A DNA stretch of 64,000 nucleotides from Candidatus Zixiibacteriota bacterium (GTDB lineage Bacteria > Zixibacteria > MSB-5A5 > JAABVY01). Below are positions 7,995 through 17,774 of this stretch, one piece after another; within the stretch, counting starts at the first letter, position 1, and every line of letters begins with the position of its first letter. The notes under the pieces were generated by a model that saw nothing but the letters and a program-made list of their open reading frames with translations, had not been told where the DNA came from and searched no databases. The stretch is from assembly GCA_014728145.1 (NCBI GenBank), contig WJMC01000062.1:558-64557 (forward strand), read 5' to 3'. A program made the position numbers and the translations under genes.

Positions 7995-10661
7995 TTACTT
8001 CATCAGGACCATTTTGTGGACCTTGGTATACTGACCCACAGTGGCTTTGTAGAAGTAGATACCGGAAGCCATACCCGTAGCATCCCAGGTCACAGTGACA
8101 GTACCAGCATCGTTGTGGCCGGAGAAGCTCTTGACCAGCTGACCACTGACATTGTAGATGTCAATCGACCAGTTGGCAGACTCGGGCAGATCGAGCTGTA
8201 TGTCGGTAGACGGGTTGAACGGGTTCGGATAGTTCGGCTTGGCCGCGAATTCGGTCGGGAGAGCCTTCATGCTGGCGTTGACGTTCAGGTCGGAACCATT
8301 GTAGTCAACGATTTCAGCATGAGTAAGCTGGATGTCGCCATTGACGGCAACATTGAACAGCTTGTTCTCACCTGACGGAACGTAACCGCTACCGTAATCA
8401 TAGACCAGCACACGGAGTTCGCCGTTTTCGTAGTTCGACATAATATCCATGCCGGAAGCCGAGAGAGTCGGCTCGCCAAGCACGTTATCAGCCTGGAACA
8501 CGAACAGGGCGGCACCGATATCGGTACCGGAGCTGGTGTTGACGCTGACGCCATTGATGCTGTTAACAACTCTGACATCAACATTGTTGGCAAACGGAGC
8601 CAGCTTCGGAATCGCGATCTCATCGCCATTGATGACACGAATCAGGTAAACCAGGTCACCCACGGTCAGGACCTTGCCGTCGTTGTTGACGTCAGAGGCC
8701 GCAACCTGTCCGGCAGCATTGATATCGAAGACGGACGGGCCGAAGATGAAGTAGTTGGAATACAGAACCGCGTCGGCGATTTCATGGGCGATACCGTTAA
8801 GGTTCAAGTCGCCACGATCGTCGATGTCTTCGGCGCAAGCAATATCCACACCACCGGCATAGAAGTCGATGAACGACTCAGGGCCAGGTTTGCCAGGATC
8901 AGCCTGATTCTCACAATCGATTCCACCCGGAATCGACTGCCAGCCGGCTATAAACGGATTATCGGCAGGGTCAAGGAGAAGGAACTGATCGTCGGGCTCA
9001 CTGAACCAGAAGACCTGTCTGCTCAGGAACAGGTCATAACCGGAAGCGTCAGAGATAGTATTGTCGGTACAATCCAGCCAATAGAAGTTGATCGGAACGT
9101 ACTGGCATTCGTAAGTCCTGTCATCAGTCACGTAGAATGTGAGATTAGCAACAGTTACGGAATCGTAATCCCACTGTGAAGCACACGGATCAGGATGGTC
9201 CTGACCGTTGTTAACGTCATTTATACCAATAAGTCTCACCAATCCACTCGGACATTCACCGCCACAATTGCCGAAGGGGCCTTTACGGAAAGTAAAGTAT
9301 TCCCAACCGCAGTTGTCCAGTGTCTCACCCAGAGAAGCCTCAGTAAATGTCAGCGCCGCGGCGTCGTACTGAATCAGAAGTTCAAAACCACCCACGGTAG
9401 TACCATCCGCAAAGACGGTAATCGGAACATTTACGTACTCACCCTGCAAGACAAAATCGAGACCATCAATGTCCTCAGGAACTTTACTGATCTTGACCTC
9501 AAGACCAAGTACTTGAATCTCGAAATCACAGTATACGGTGTCAGCCTGATCGGTCAGACCGATCGTGACCGGGTGTATACCAGTGAATTCGGGTTCGTCA
9601 TCGGTATCCCATGACCAGAATGCGATAGCACCGGAATCCGGGACTTCGACGACCGAATCGATAACGAGCGCGCTACCCAGAATATCCGGGCCGTCGCTAA
9701 CGAAATAGTCGAGAGGGCCGGGGCAGGTCGGATCATCTGGATCCCAACCCTGAACCTGGCCTTCAGCCGTCTCACCAAAGCTGACTGAAACTACGCTAAT
9801 ACCGTCGTAATCGGCGGTATATTCAGGCGGACAGTAAGTTACCTCCGGCTCCATGTTCAGGATCACCACGACAAAGTCGCACTGAGCTTCCTGACCATAG
9901 GTATCGGTCACTTTGACGGAAACGTTATGCGCGCCAACTTGACCAACGGAGTTCCAGGTCCACTCACCGGTTGTACCGTTGATAGAGCCCGGACCACTGA
10001 CCATCGAGAAGGTAAGCTCCTCGTTACAATAACCGAGATCGATATCGTCAGCCTCAAAATCGTAGTTCGCAGGTTCGTTACACTGGAAGAGCAGATCTTC
10101 TGTGGGGCAGTTGGTGAACTCAGGCGGATTGTCAACGACTTCATAAGTACCCATGACACCGGTAACAGCTTCTTCAGCACAATCAGCCAGGAACATGGTA
10201 GTGGCAGAAGTATAGGCATCGATATCCCAAGTCAGACCAGTCGGTGTAATAGTGAAGATGCCCTCACGGCAATCCACATCAACCGTTAAAGTGACAGCAA
10301 CTGTTTCACCCGCATTAAGGATCGGATCACAGGCGCCCAGGTTCATTCCCCAGAAACGGAACAGGTCATCGGTCGGACCATCGACCAGCGAAAGGTCGGA
10401 GCCGCCGCTACCAGCCGCGAGGTTGAAACTGACGTCCGTGACAGTAGCGAAGGAACCGCCATCGGCGACCTCGGCCACAACATCGAACATATTGATCGGG
10501 CTATCTGCAGTAACTTTCATCTCAATGGTCTGGTCGGTGCGGCCAACTGAAAAGGTGTTGTCAATAAACTCCACCGTAACGTCAGCCAACGCAGAGCCAG
10601 CAAAGATAAGAAGCATTAACGAGGTCAGCAAAGAAAGAATTGTAAGATTTTTTTGCTTCAT
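7995..10661 (-). CDS. Secreted cell-surface protein with a dockerin-like module and a T9SS (Por) C-terminal sorting domain
   Basis: Carries a signal peptide (MKQKNLTILSLLTSLMLLIFAGSALA). The dockerin-like paired Ca-binding loops read DLNLNGIAHEIADAVLYSNYFIFG and SDVNNDGKVLTVGDLVYLIRVING. The C-terminal ~80 aa (NYPNPFNPST...IYNVSGQLV...GIYFYKATV...) match the T9SS C-terminal domain consensus. Confidence 0.8.
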   Translation of the reverse strand: MKQKNLTILSLLTSLMLLIFAGSALADVTVEFIDNTFSVGRTDQTIEMKVTADSPINMFDVVAEVADGGSFATVTDVSFNLAAGSGGSDLSLVDGPTDDLFRFWGMNLGACDPILNAGETVAVTLTVDVDCREGIFTITPTGLTWDIDAYTSATTMFLADCAEEAVTGVMGTYEVVDNPPEFTNCPTEDLLFQCNEPANYDFEADDIDLGYCNEELTFSMVSGPGSINGTTGEWTWNSVGQVGAHNVSVKVTDTYGQEAQCDFVVVILNMEPEVTYCPPEYTADYDGISVVSVSFGETAEGQVQGWDPDDPTCPGPLDYFVSDGPDILGSALVIDSVVEVPDSGAIAFWSWDTDDEPEFTGIHPVTIGLTDQADTVYCDFEIQVLGLEVKISKVPEDIDGLDFVLQGEYVNVPITVFADGTTVGGFELLIQYDAAALTFTEASLGETLDNCGWEYFTFRKGPFGNCGGECPSGLVRLIGINDVNNGQDHPDPCASQWDYDSVTVANLTFYVTDDRTYECQYVPINFYWLDCTDNTISDASGYDLFLSRQVFWFSEPDDQFLLLDPADNPFIAGWQSIPGGIDCENQADPGKPGPESFIDFYAGGVDIACAEDIDDRGDLNLNGIAHEIADAVLYSNYFIFGPSVFDINAAGQVAASDVNNDGKVLTVGDLVYLIRVINGDEIAIPKLAPFANNVDVRVVNSINGVSVNTSSGTDIGAALFVFQADNVLGEPTLSASGMDIMSNYENGELRVLVYDYGSGYVPSGENKLFNVAVNGDIQLTHAEIVDYNGSDLNVNASMKALPTEFAAKPNYPNPFNPSTDIQLDLPESANWSIDIYNVSGQLVKSFSGHNDAGTVTVTWDATGMASGIYFYKATVGQYTKVHKMVLMK

Positions 10662-11135
10662 TACAATGCTCCTTTAAGGTTTAATTCAAACTACCAACTT
10701 GATTCCTCGGATAATATCCTCGGCTTCCCCCCTCTGGGACGGAAGTTGGCAGCTCAATTTACAAGCACCAAATGTCTAAATATGTATGGGCAAATTTATA
10801 CTGGGGATAAAGCAGATAATAATAAAGATATTATCGCAACATGTTTATTCTTATCACTTAGGTAGAAGCAATAAAAGGTTTTGTAGATAGCTTTAAAATA
10901 CTTTTTTCCCTAGACACCCCTAAAATAGGACTATTCCCCGCTTTGTCAAGTAATTTTTAAGAAAAAAACAGGATTTTTTCACTTATTTAGCCACCTCCTT
11001 AAATACTTATACAAAGCCCGTACAAACCCCGCATCACATGCCTCATCCATTAATTATCAATCAGGCAACTGTGTCCGGACGCCAGCAGATCATTCTCGAT
11101 CGTAAATAATAATCCCAAACGCGCCAATTATGTAT

Positions 11136-11151
11136 ATGCGCATATGCGCAT
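11136..11151. repeat. Perfect 16-bp palindrome ATGCGCATATGCGCAT (two tandem copies of the self-complementary 8-mer ATGCGCAT)
   Basis: Read directly in the 569-bp AT-rich intergenic region between the YceI-like gene end and the start of the 888-aa gene. Confidence 0.6.
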
Positions 11152-11230
11152 TACTGTATCACCGACCAAAAAAGAACAGCCGGTCGAAACCGGCTGTCAC
11201 AATTCCGCTTAAATCAAAACCACTGACTGA

Positions 11231-12133
11231 CTACATCGATACCTGCTCGGTCGTGGCATAAGCATCGAAAATAAGCAGGACTTCATCATCCAAAGTAAGA
11301 AGATCTTCGGTCGGTATCACGATTCCGAAGGCGGAGAGCTTGATATTCAATTCGGCGTTGATATGCAGGACATCGCCGGTAAGCTCCAGGTTCTTCTCGG
11401 TCAACGGTTTGGCCGCGATATAAGTCATAAACATGCGGATATTGCCGACCGGAACGGTCTGACCATGAAGTGTTAACTGTCCTGAACCGACTAAACTGAT
11501 CTCGGTATTGTCCTCAAGCTGGTAGGAAGACGGTGACTCGATCCTCGTAAGTTTAAATGTCGCCGTCGGATAGTTGGCGATATCGAGATAGCTTTCCGAC
11601 ATCAGAAGCGAATCGCGCTGAGCGTTGCCGGTATACAGCGTCGAAAGCGGGATTTCCAGGTTCATAGAAGGCATCTGGTATCCGGCCGGGGGCTCGATTA
11701 CCGGAGTCGTATCAACCGCCTCAGGCTCTTCAGCTTCCTCTTCAGCACCGGGAAGAGTTTCGGTCAGCGTTTCATCCTGAGCCTCATCCAGGATTGAATC
11801 GACCGGAGTTTCCTGCGGTTCTTCCTCGACCTGTTCCGACTCGGTCTCAACCGGTTCCGGTTCCTCTTCCTCGACCTGTTCGACCAGCATGATCGAATCC
11901 AGCCAGACTTCAACCTCACCGGTTACTCCGCTTACAAATCCGCCCAGCATTCCCATCGGCGCACGGGTATCGAAACGGACCATCCCCTGAACCATCAGCA
12001 TATCGCCCTCAAGGTTTTGGCCGAAATAGAATTTAGTAACTTCAGGATCGGCCGGAACCTGCTCTTCCTCCTGGGCAATCAAGAGCGGTGAAATCAGCAA
12101 GAGGATTGCCAGTATAGCCAGACAAGCTCTCAT
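11231..12133 (-). CDS. YceI-like (polyisoprenoid-binding family) periplasmic protein with an inserted acidic E-rich linker
   Basis: The likely true start is the Met of MRACLAILAILLLISPLLIA, a signal peptide with a GGGAG RBS. The track ORF extends to 12241. The C-terminal part (TATFKLTRIESP...GSGQLTLHGQTVPV...) resembles the YceI fold. An insert of ~60 aa is E-rich. Confidence 0.5.
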   Translation of the reverse strand: MRACLAILAILLLISPLLIAQEEEQVPADPEVTKFYFGQNLEGDMLMVQGMVRFDTRAPMGMLGGFVSGVTGEVEVWLDSIMLVEQVEEEEPEPVETESEQVEEEPQETPVDSILDEAQDETLTETLPGAEEEAEEPEAVDTTPVIEPPAGYQMPSMNLEIPLSTLYTGNAQRDSLLMSESYLDIANYPTATFKLTRIESPSSYQLEDNTEISLVGSGQLTLHGQTVPVGNIRMFMTYIAAKPLTEKNLELTGDVLHINAELNIKLSAFGIVIPTEDLLTLDDEVLLIFDAYATTEQVSM

Positions 12134-12373
12134 TACTTCTCCCTTCTGAAATATAAAAATACCTAATTTCTTACAATTTAATATAAACTTCATCTTAAGT
12201 CGCTCCAATTTATACAAATCGGGCGCTTTTGCCAAGCACAATTCTGCTATTTTTTCATTTATTTATAAGTGACTGCGCAACTCAAAAAATGTGCATAAAA
12301 TACTGTAAAAACTTGCTCTATGAATACCGATTATATATATCAATATGCACATACAATAATATATGGAGGTTTT

Positions 12374-12673
12374 ATGGCTTCACCTGACAGTATTCCGGTC
12401 GGTAAATTTAAGGCCCTGGCAGATCCGACCAGGCTTCAGATTTTACTATTATTAGACGGCAGTCCCCGTTCGGTGAGTGAGATAGTCGATTTCTTCAACC
12501 TGTCGCAACCGACTATTTCGCGCCATTTAGCAAGCCTGGCCGGTTCCGGCCTGGTTAAAACCACCCGGCGTGAACAGCAGAGGATTTACAGCCTCGACGA
12601 AAAGGGACTAAAATCGATTATGACGGATTATTTCGCGCGCTTTTCCTTGCTTAAAAAGCTGGTGAACATTTAG
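12374..12673 (+). CDS. ArsR/SmtB-family metalloregulator (winged HTH)
   Basis: Contains LADPTRLQILLLLDGSPRSVSEIVDFFNLSQPTISRHLASL. The likely start is MASPDS, behind a GGAGG RBS. The track ORF starts at 12320. Confidence 0.85.
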   Translation: MASPDSIPVGKFKALADPTRLQILLLLDGSPRSVSEIVDFFNLSQPTISRHLASLAGSGLVKTTRREQQRIYSLDEKGLKSIMTDYFARFSLLKKLVNI

Positions 12674-12712
12674 TATTACAGTATGCGCATTAATGTATAT
12701 TGATTCAAGCGA

Positions 12713-13705
12713 CTACGGATTCGGCCGGATGATTCCCTGGTCGGTGATTATGGCGCTGACCAGTTTATGGGGGGTGACATCAAAGGCCGGCGAATATGTT
12801 TTTACACCTTCCGGTGCGGTACGGATTCCGCCCCATTCGGTTATCTCTTTAGAATCTCTCATCTCGATCTCGATCTCTTTTCCACTTGGACAGTCCGAAT
12901 CATAGGTAGACACAGGAATAGCGACATAAAATGGGACATTGTGGTAGCTGGCTGAAACAGCCAGGCCATAGGTTCCGATCTTGTTGGCCACATCGTAGTT
13001 TTTGGCGACCCTGTCGGCTCCGGTAATGACGCAGTCGATTTCACCCTGTTGCATCAAGTAGGCCGCCATGCTGTCGGTGTTCAAAGTCACATCGACACCC
13101 TCCTGGGCCAGTTCCCAGGCAGTCAGGCGCGCGCCCTGAAGAAGCGGCCTGGTTTCATCGGCATAGACTTTGATTCTTTTGCCCTGCTTATGAGCGGTGT
13201 AGATTACAGCCAGGGCGGTCCCGATCCCGGCTGTGGCCAGAGCACCGGCGTTGCAATGAGTCATGATCGTCATTCCGTCTTTTATCAGTTCGGCCCCGTT
13301 CTGTCCAATTCTTGCACACATGCGGACATCGTCCTCATGAATTTCCCGCGCCAGTTCGAGAAGCTTTGGCTTGAGTTCTGCCGGAGACAATTCCGGATTC
13401 GTATCTGCCAGAGCTTCCGCCTGACGAATCGCCCAGGCGAGGTTGACCGCGGTCGGACGCGCGTCTTTTATCTCGCCCAGCATTTTCAGCAGTTCCTGAC
13501 GATTGCCGGCCTGGTTTGCGGCCAGAACCGAAGCGTAGGCGGCCGCCACACCGATCGCGGGGGCTCCGCGCACACTGAGACGCTTGATCGCCTCAATCAC
13601 TTCAACATAATCAGTCAATTGGAGATATTTCGTTTCTCCCGGGAGCAGGGTCTGGTCCAGAAGCATCAAATTGTCGTCTTTGTAGTCCAGAGTATAGAAA
13701 TTCAT
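12713..13705 (-). CDS. mtnA: S-methyl-5-thioribose-1-phosphate isomerase (eIF-2B alpha/beta/delta family)
   Basis: Has the family's N-terminal stretch LLDQTLLP...RGAPAIGVAAAY and its length. Confidence 0.8.
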   Translation of the reverse strand: MNFYTLDYKDDNLMLLDQTLLPGETKYLQLTDYVEVIEAIKRLSVRGAPAIGVAAAYASVLAANQAGNRQELLKMLGEIKDARPTAVNLAWAIRQAEALADTNPELSPAELKPKLLELAREIHEDDVRMCARIGQNGAELIKDGMTIMTHCNAGALATAGIGTALAVIYTAHKQGKRIKVYADETRPLLQGARLTAWELAQEGVDVTLNTDSMAAYLMQQGEIDCVITGADRVAKNYDVANKIGTYGLAVSASYHNVPFYVAIPVSTYDSDCPSGKEIEIEMRDSKEITEWGGIRTAPEGVKTYSPAFDVTPHKLVSAIITDQGIIRPNP

Positions 13706-13706
13706 A

Positions 13707-14123
13707 TCATTCCCCCATCACCGTAATGACCAGTTCACGATCGCGCGAGCGGTTATCGAAACACAAAAAAACAATCTGTTGCCAAGTGCCATGACGGGTT
13801 TTCCCGGCCACCACCGGCAGGGTCAGGGAGGGACCGATCATAGCCGAGCGCAGGTGAGAAAAGCCGTTACCGTCGCCCCAGGTTTTGTCATGTTCATATG
13901 ATTTATTGGATGGTATCAGCTTTTCCATCAATTCAGGCAGGTCTTTCTGCAGGCCGGGTTCATATTCGAGAGTGGTCAGCCCGCCGGTTGAACCGGGGCA
14001 GAATATATTAACCATACCGTTGGAAACACCACTTTTCGAGACCGACTCCTCTACCGGACCGGTGATATCGTGGATATCACAAAAACCTTTGGTAGAGAGT
14101 TTTATGCTGTAATTTGAGACCAT
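13707..14123 (-). CDS. yjbQ: YjbQ/UPF0047 family protein (secondary thiamine-phosphate synthase-like)
   Basis: Carries ...GLTTLEYEPGLQKDLPELMEKLIP...GTWQQIVFLCFDNRSRDRELVITV, the hallmarks of the family. Confidence 0.75.
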   Translation of the reverse strand: MVSNYSIKLSTKGFCDIHDITGPVEESVSKSGVSNGMVNIFCPGSTGGLTTLEYEPGLQKDLPELMEKLIPSNKSYEHDKTWGDGNGFSHLRSAMIGPSLTLPVVAGKTRHGTWQQIVFLCFDNRSRDRELVITVMGE

Positions 14124-14241
14124 AAATCCTCCTCTGATTTTACCTGATCGCTACAGTATATACGATAACAGACAGGTGGCAAATTAAAAAGCCATCCCGA
14201 AGGATGGCTTTATACTGGAAAGACCGATAATTTGAGTTAGT

Positions 14242-16419
14242 TTAATCGGTAAGGTCGATTTTAACTTTCTTGGTGATGTAGATACCGCCGTAAGTATCAT
14301 CCATATCTTTGATTGTCACGAAATCATTTCCGATTCCGGGGGGTGCTGTATACGTAAAAAACGCTTCGCCCCAGGCGTTGGTGTAGGCCGATGCCGGCTG
14401 GATCGTGCCGAGGTTGGCCTCGTGTTCGATCCTGTGACCACCCAGCGGATTACCGGAGCGGTCCCTGATGACCACATCAAGGGGAACCGTCGAGCCGGGC
14501 GAGACAGTACCTTCGATCTTGACATCGGATTGATCTGTGTTCGCAAGGCTGGTCAGGAGCGTAATCTGGATCAGAGACGACGGACCGTTGATACCACCGG
14601 CCTGAATCGAGCCAGTGACCACACGCCCGATACCGTTGTCAGGAACGCTGTATTCGTGGTCGCGGTTCAATGTTCCGGCCTTGTAGCGGAGGCGGACCTT
14701 GGAACCGTAACAGCCATCCTGAAGACTTCCATTAAGAGTGGTTCCATCACTGAAAAGCACTTCCACTTCAGTGCCTTCCACCACAAAATTATTGTTTATA
14801 TCCCTGGCATCAATAAGGATATCAGAATAATCCTCACCATTGGCATAGAGCGTGTCTGCATAACTGAGAACATTTACATTGGTCGGCACGCCCGACACGG
14901 TCAATAAGGATGTATACGAGCTCAAGGTGCCGCCCTCAGTTTCAGCATTGATCAATACGATACCATCATCCCAGGGTGCGGTGGTATAATATGTCACGCC
15001 GGCAATACCATTTTTGGTAACACCGGTGGCCTCGATCATGCCCTCATCGACATAGAAATAGATCACTGTCGAATCCGCCACAGGGTTCGTGAAGGTGTCC
15101 GAGACAATCGCCACGACATCTGCTTCGCAGTTGATGATATGCCAGCAGGGCAGGTTGCACGGATCGACACCGACGTTCAGGTATTTAGGCGGGCCGGCAT
15201 TTATGTTCACGAAGGTCTTGTTCGACCAGGTCGTATCTCCGCTGGAAGGATAATAAGCCTGGATCTTCGCGGTACCTGAAACTGTACCAGAGAAGAAATC
15301 GACTATCGCCTGACCGATTACATTGGTCGTAGCCGTCGCCACAATCGTTGTATCATAGGGATATTGTGATTCGATTATCGTGTCTAAAACCTTGCTGGAG
15401 AGGAACTCTCCGCCATCGGGAGATTCCAGAATTTTAAATTCAACCGGCAGGTCCTGCTGAACGAGGTTGCCGTAGATATCATAACCGGTCGCGATCAATT
15501 CGGTAAATTCTATACCGCCGGTATGGCGCACCTGAACTTCCGGCTGATTGGTATGCAGGGTTAGATTGGCAATTTCCGAGGACGGCCTCAGGGCCAGCGG
15601 AAACTCTCCGTAGACCGGCGATGACAATGAATCATCGATGACTGTGGCACGTACATAGAACAATCCCGCCATAGTACCGGCCTGGAAACTGATTGTCACA
15701 CTCCCGCCGGAGGTCACAGCTGAATTTGTATAAGTACCGGCCTTATCCCAAATCTCATTTTCATTGATATCATTTGTGACTTCGTCGACGTTCTCGGTAA
15801 AGTAACCATCGTTGTTGATATCGGTGAAGCGTTCACCGACCTCGAAATGAATCTCTTTTCCATCGGCAACCGGTGATCCGGAAGCGTCGTTAATATTTAC
15901 AGTTATATTGGAATTATCCGCGCCGTTGGCCAGAATCAGGCTCTGTGAAACCTCGAATTTGAAGTCCCAGTCTCCGGTTGTGAAACCACCTGATTGTGGA
16001 GCTACGGTCTTGCTGACACTTGTCGCTTGCGAGACGGAGGATATTTCCACCCTGATTGTGACCTCGCCTGTATCCAGGGGAATGAATGTGGTTGAAAATT
16101 CACCCGTGCCCGAGGTCGTGTCAACAGCCGGTGTAAAATAACCTGCTGAAATCGGATCGACCGAAAATATTATCTGAAGGCCTTCCACACCTGTATACGA
16201 GCTGTCATCGACAACCATACCGGAAACTGTTGTCTCAGTAGCCTTGGTTAATTCCGTCGGGTTGGTGGAAAAATTACTGAAGACGTAGGACGAAGTGCCC
16301 GAGCCTCCCGAGCCCCCGCTTCCTCCATCGATAACATCATCGCCACAGCCGACAAACAGCGCGGCAACGATCAGGAATACTGGTATTGCTAAGAATTGCT
16401 GTAACTTACGCTTAAACAT
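14242..16419 (-). CDS. Large lipoprotein with a G/S-rich linker and multiple invasin/intimin-like bacterial Ig (Big_1-type) repeats
   Basis: The likely start is MFKRKLQQFLAIPVFLIVAALFVGC, a lipobox L-F-V-G-C with a GGGGAG RBS. The track ORF starts at 16440. Recurrent ...ITVNINDASGSPVADGKEIHFEV.../...DVVIRDRSGNPLGGHRIEHEA.../...DILIDARDINNNFVVEGTEVEV... units are seen. The gene lies 38 bp downstream of pilQ on the same strand. Confidence 0.6.
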   Translation of the reverse strand: MFKRKLQQFLAIPVFLIVAALFVGCGDDVIDGGSGGSGGSGTSSYVFSNFSTNPTELTKATETTVSGMVVDDSSYTGVEGLQIIFSVDPISAGYFTPAVDTTSGTGEFSTTFIPLDTGEVTIRVEISSVSQATSVSKTVAPQSGGFTTGDWDFKFEVSQSLILANGADNSNITVNINDASGSPVADGKEIHFEVGERFTDINNDGYFTENVDEVTNDINENEIWDKAGTYTNSAVTSGGSVTISFQAGTMAGLFYVRATVIDDSLSSPVYGEFPLALRPSSEIANLTLHTNQPEVQVRHTGGIEFTELIATGYDIYGNLVQQDLPVEFKILESPDGGEFLSSKVLDTIIESQYPYDTTIVATATTNVIGQAIVDFFSGTVSGTAKIQAYYPSSGDTTWSNKTFVNINAGPPKYLNVGVDPCNLPCWHIINCEADVVAIVSDTFTNPVADSTVIYFYVDEGMIEATGVTKNGIAGVTYYTTAPWDDGIVLINAETEGGTLSSYTSLLTVSGVPTNVNVLSYADTLYANGEDYSDILIDARDINNNFVVEGTEVEVLFSDGTTLNGSLQDGCYGSKVRLRYKAGTLNRDHEYSVPDNGIGRVVTGSIQAGGINGPSSLIQITLLTSLANTDQSDVKIEGTVSPGSTVPLDVVIRDRSGNPLGGHRIEHEANLGTIQPASAYTNAWGEAFFTYTAPPGIGNDFVTIKDMDDTYGGIYITKKVKIDLTD

Positions 16420-16457
16420 CTTACTCCCCTTGCCATGCAAAACCGGCTGTTATTAAT

Positions 16458-17762
16458 TTATTGTTCATGACCGAGACGACCGGGAACAGCCGCCAGGTCG
16501 GCGCCGACGACCGTCGGGGTGACGAAGATCACCAGGTCGCGGTTTTCAACTCTCTTTTTGGTGTATCCGAACAGGTGTCCCAGAAGCGGGATATCCTTTA
16601 ACACCGGCACGCCGATATGATTTTTGACGACATCCTGCGTGGTCAGTCCGCCGATCACGACCGTCTGTCCGTTTTCGACCACGACATTTGTCTCGGCGTT
16701 ATTGGTATTGATGATCACACCGTTAGGATCGAACTCGTATGTCGAACGTTCCGGCTTGAGATGGAGCAGGATCCTGTTTTCAGATGTTATATGTGGCGTA
16801 ACCCGCAGAATCGTACCGACTTCTTCAAAAGTGATGACCACGTTTCCGGAGGGGTCGAAAGTTTTGATCGGGATTTTCTGACCGCTCTGGATCGTGGCTT
16901 CCTTGTTGTCGACCGTGATCACTTCCGGGTGGGCAACGATTTTACCGTTACCGTCAGAAACCAGCGCCCGCAGGGCGGCATCCAGCTCCCAGCCGGGCTG
17001 GGCTGTGCTGAAGATAAATTCGCCCACGGGATCGGAGACATCATCGGCATTGACACCGGTGGTGTGATCGTAGTCGGCTTCGTAACCCGAGGACTTGCGA
17101 ACCTCCTTGGAACCGCGCACCGACCAGTCGATGCCGATTTCGCTTAAAGCCTGCGAGGAAACCTCTACCAGCTGGGCCGAGATCTTGATCTGCGCAGTCT
17201 CCTGGTCGAGTTCGCGCACGAACTCCTTTATCAGGTCGATATTCTCAGGTATCTCGTTGACAATTAGAGAATTGGAACGTTTGTCAACTTCCACCTTGCC
17301 ACGTTCTGTCAAAATCGTCTGGATCGGGTCGACCAGATCATAAGCGGAAGCGTTGTCGACTGAAATGATTTCAGTTTCAAGAGCGACGATTTTGGCCTGC
17401 TCTGAACGATGGCGCTGGACCATGGAAGTCTCTTCGAGGTACTCCTTGGTCGGGACAACCCGGATATAACCGCGTTCCTGCACGGCGGTCAGGCCGTAGG
17501 TTTTCATCAGGATATCCAGGGCTAACTGCCAGGTGACATTCTTCAGTGTGATTGAGACATTGCCCTCGACCGTAGGAGATGTCACGATATTGACATCGCC
17601 GTACTCAGCCAGAAAATTCATGACTGAACGGATATCGGCATCCTGGAAATTTAGAACCTTAATAGGTTTGTTGGGATCTCCCTGTGCAAAGGTTGACGCC
17701 TGCATTATCAGAAGGGTCAGGACGATCCCGGCTAACAATCTGGTCAGCGGAAATTTTTTCAT
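16458..17762 (-). CDS. pilQ: Type IV pilus secretin PilQ. It is a short form: Secretin_N plus the secretin core, with no AMIN domains.
   Basis: The C-terminal secretin signature is GGLTTQDVVKNHIGVPVLKDIPLLGHLFG...VIFVTPTVV. A signal peptide and a secretin N domain are present. It is only 434 aa. Confidence 0.85.
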   Translation of the reverse strand: MKKFPLTRLLAGIVLTLLIMQASTFAQGDPNKPIKVLNFQDADIRSVMNFLAEYGDVNIVTSPTVEGNVSITLKNVTWQLALDILMKTYGLTAVQERGYIRVVPTKEYLEETSMVQRHRSEQAKIVALETEIISVDNASAYDLVDPIQTILTERGKVEVDKRSNSLIVNEIPENIDLIKEFVRELDQETAQIKISAQLVEVSSQALSEIGIDWSVRGSKEVRKSSGYEADYDHTTGVNADDVSDPVGEFIFSTAQPGWELDAALRALVSDGNGKIVAHPEVITVDNKEATIQSGQKIPIKTFDPSGNVVITFEEVGTILRVTPHITSENRILLHLKPERSTYEFDPNGVIINTNNAETNVVVENGQTVVIGGLTTQDVVKNHIGVPVLKDIPLLGHLFGYTKKRVENRDLVIFVTPTVVGADLAAVPGRLGHEQ

Positions 17763-17774
17763 AATACCTGCCTC

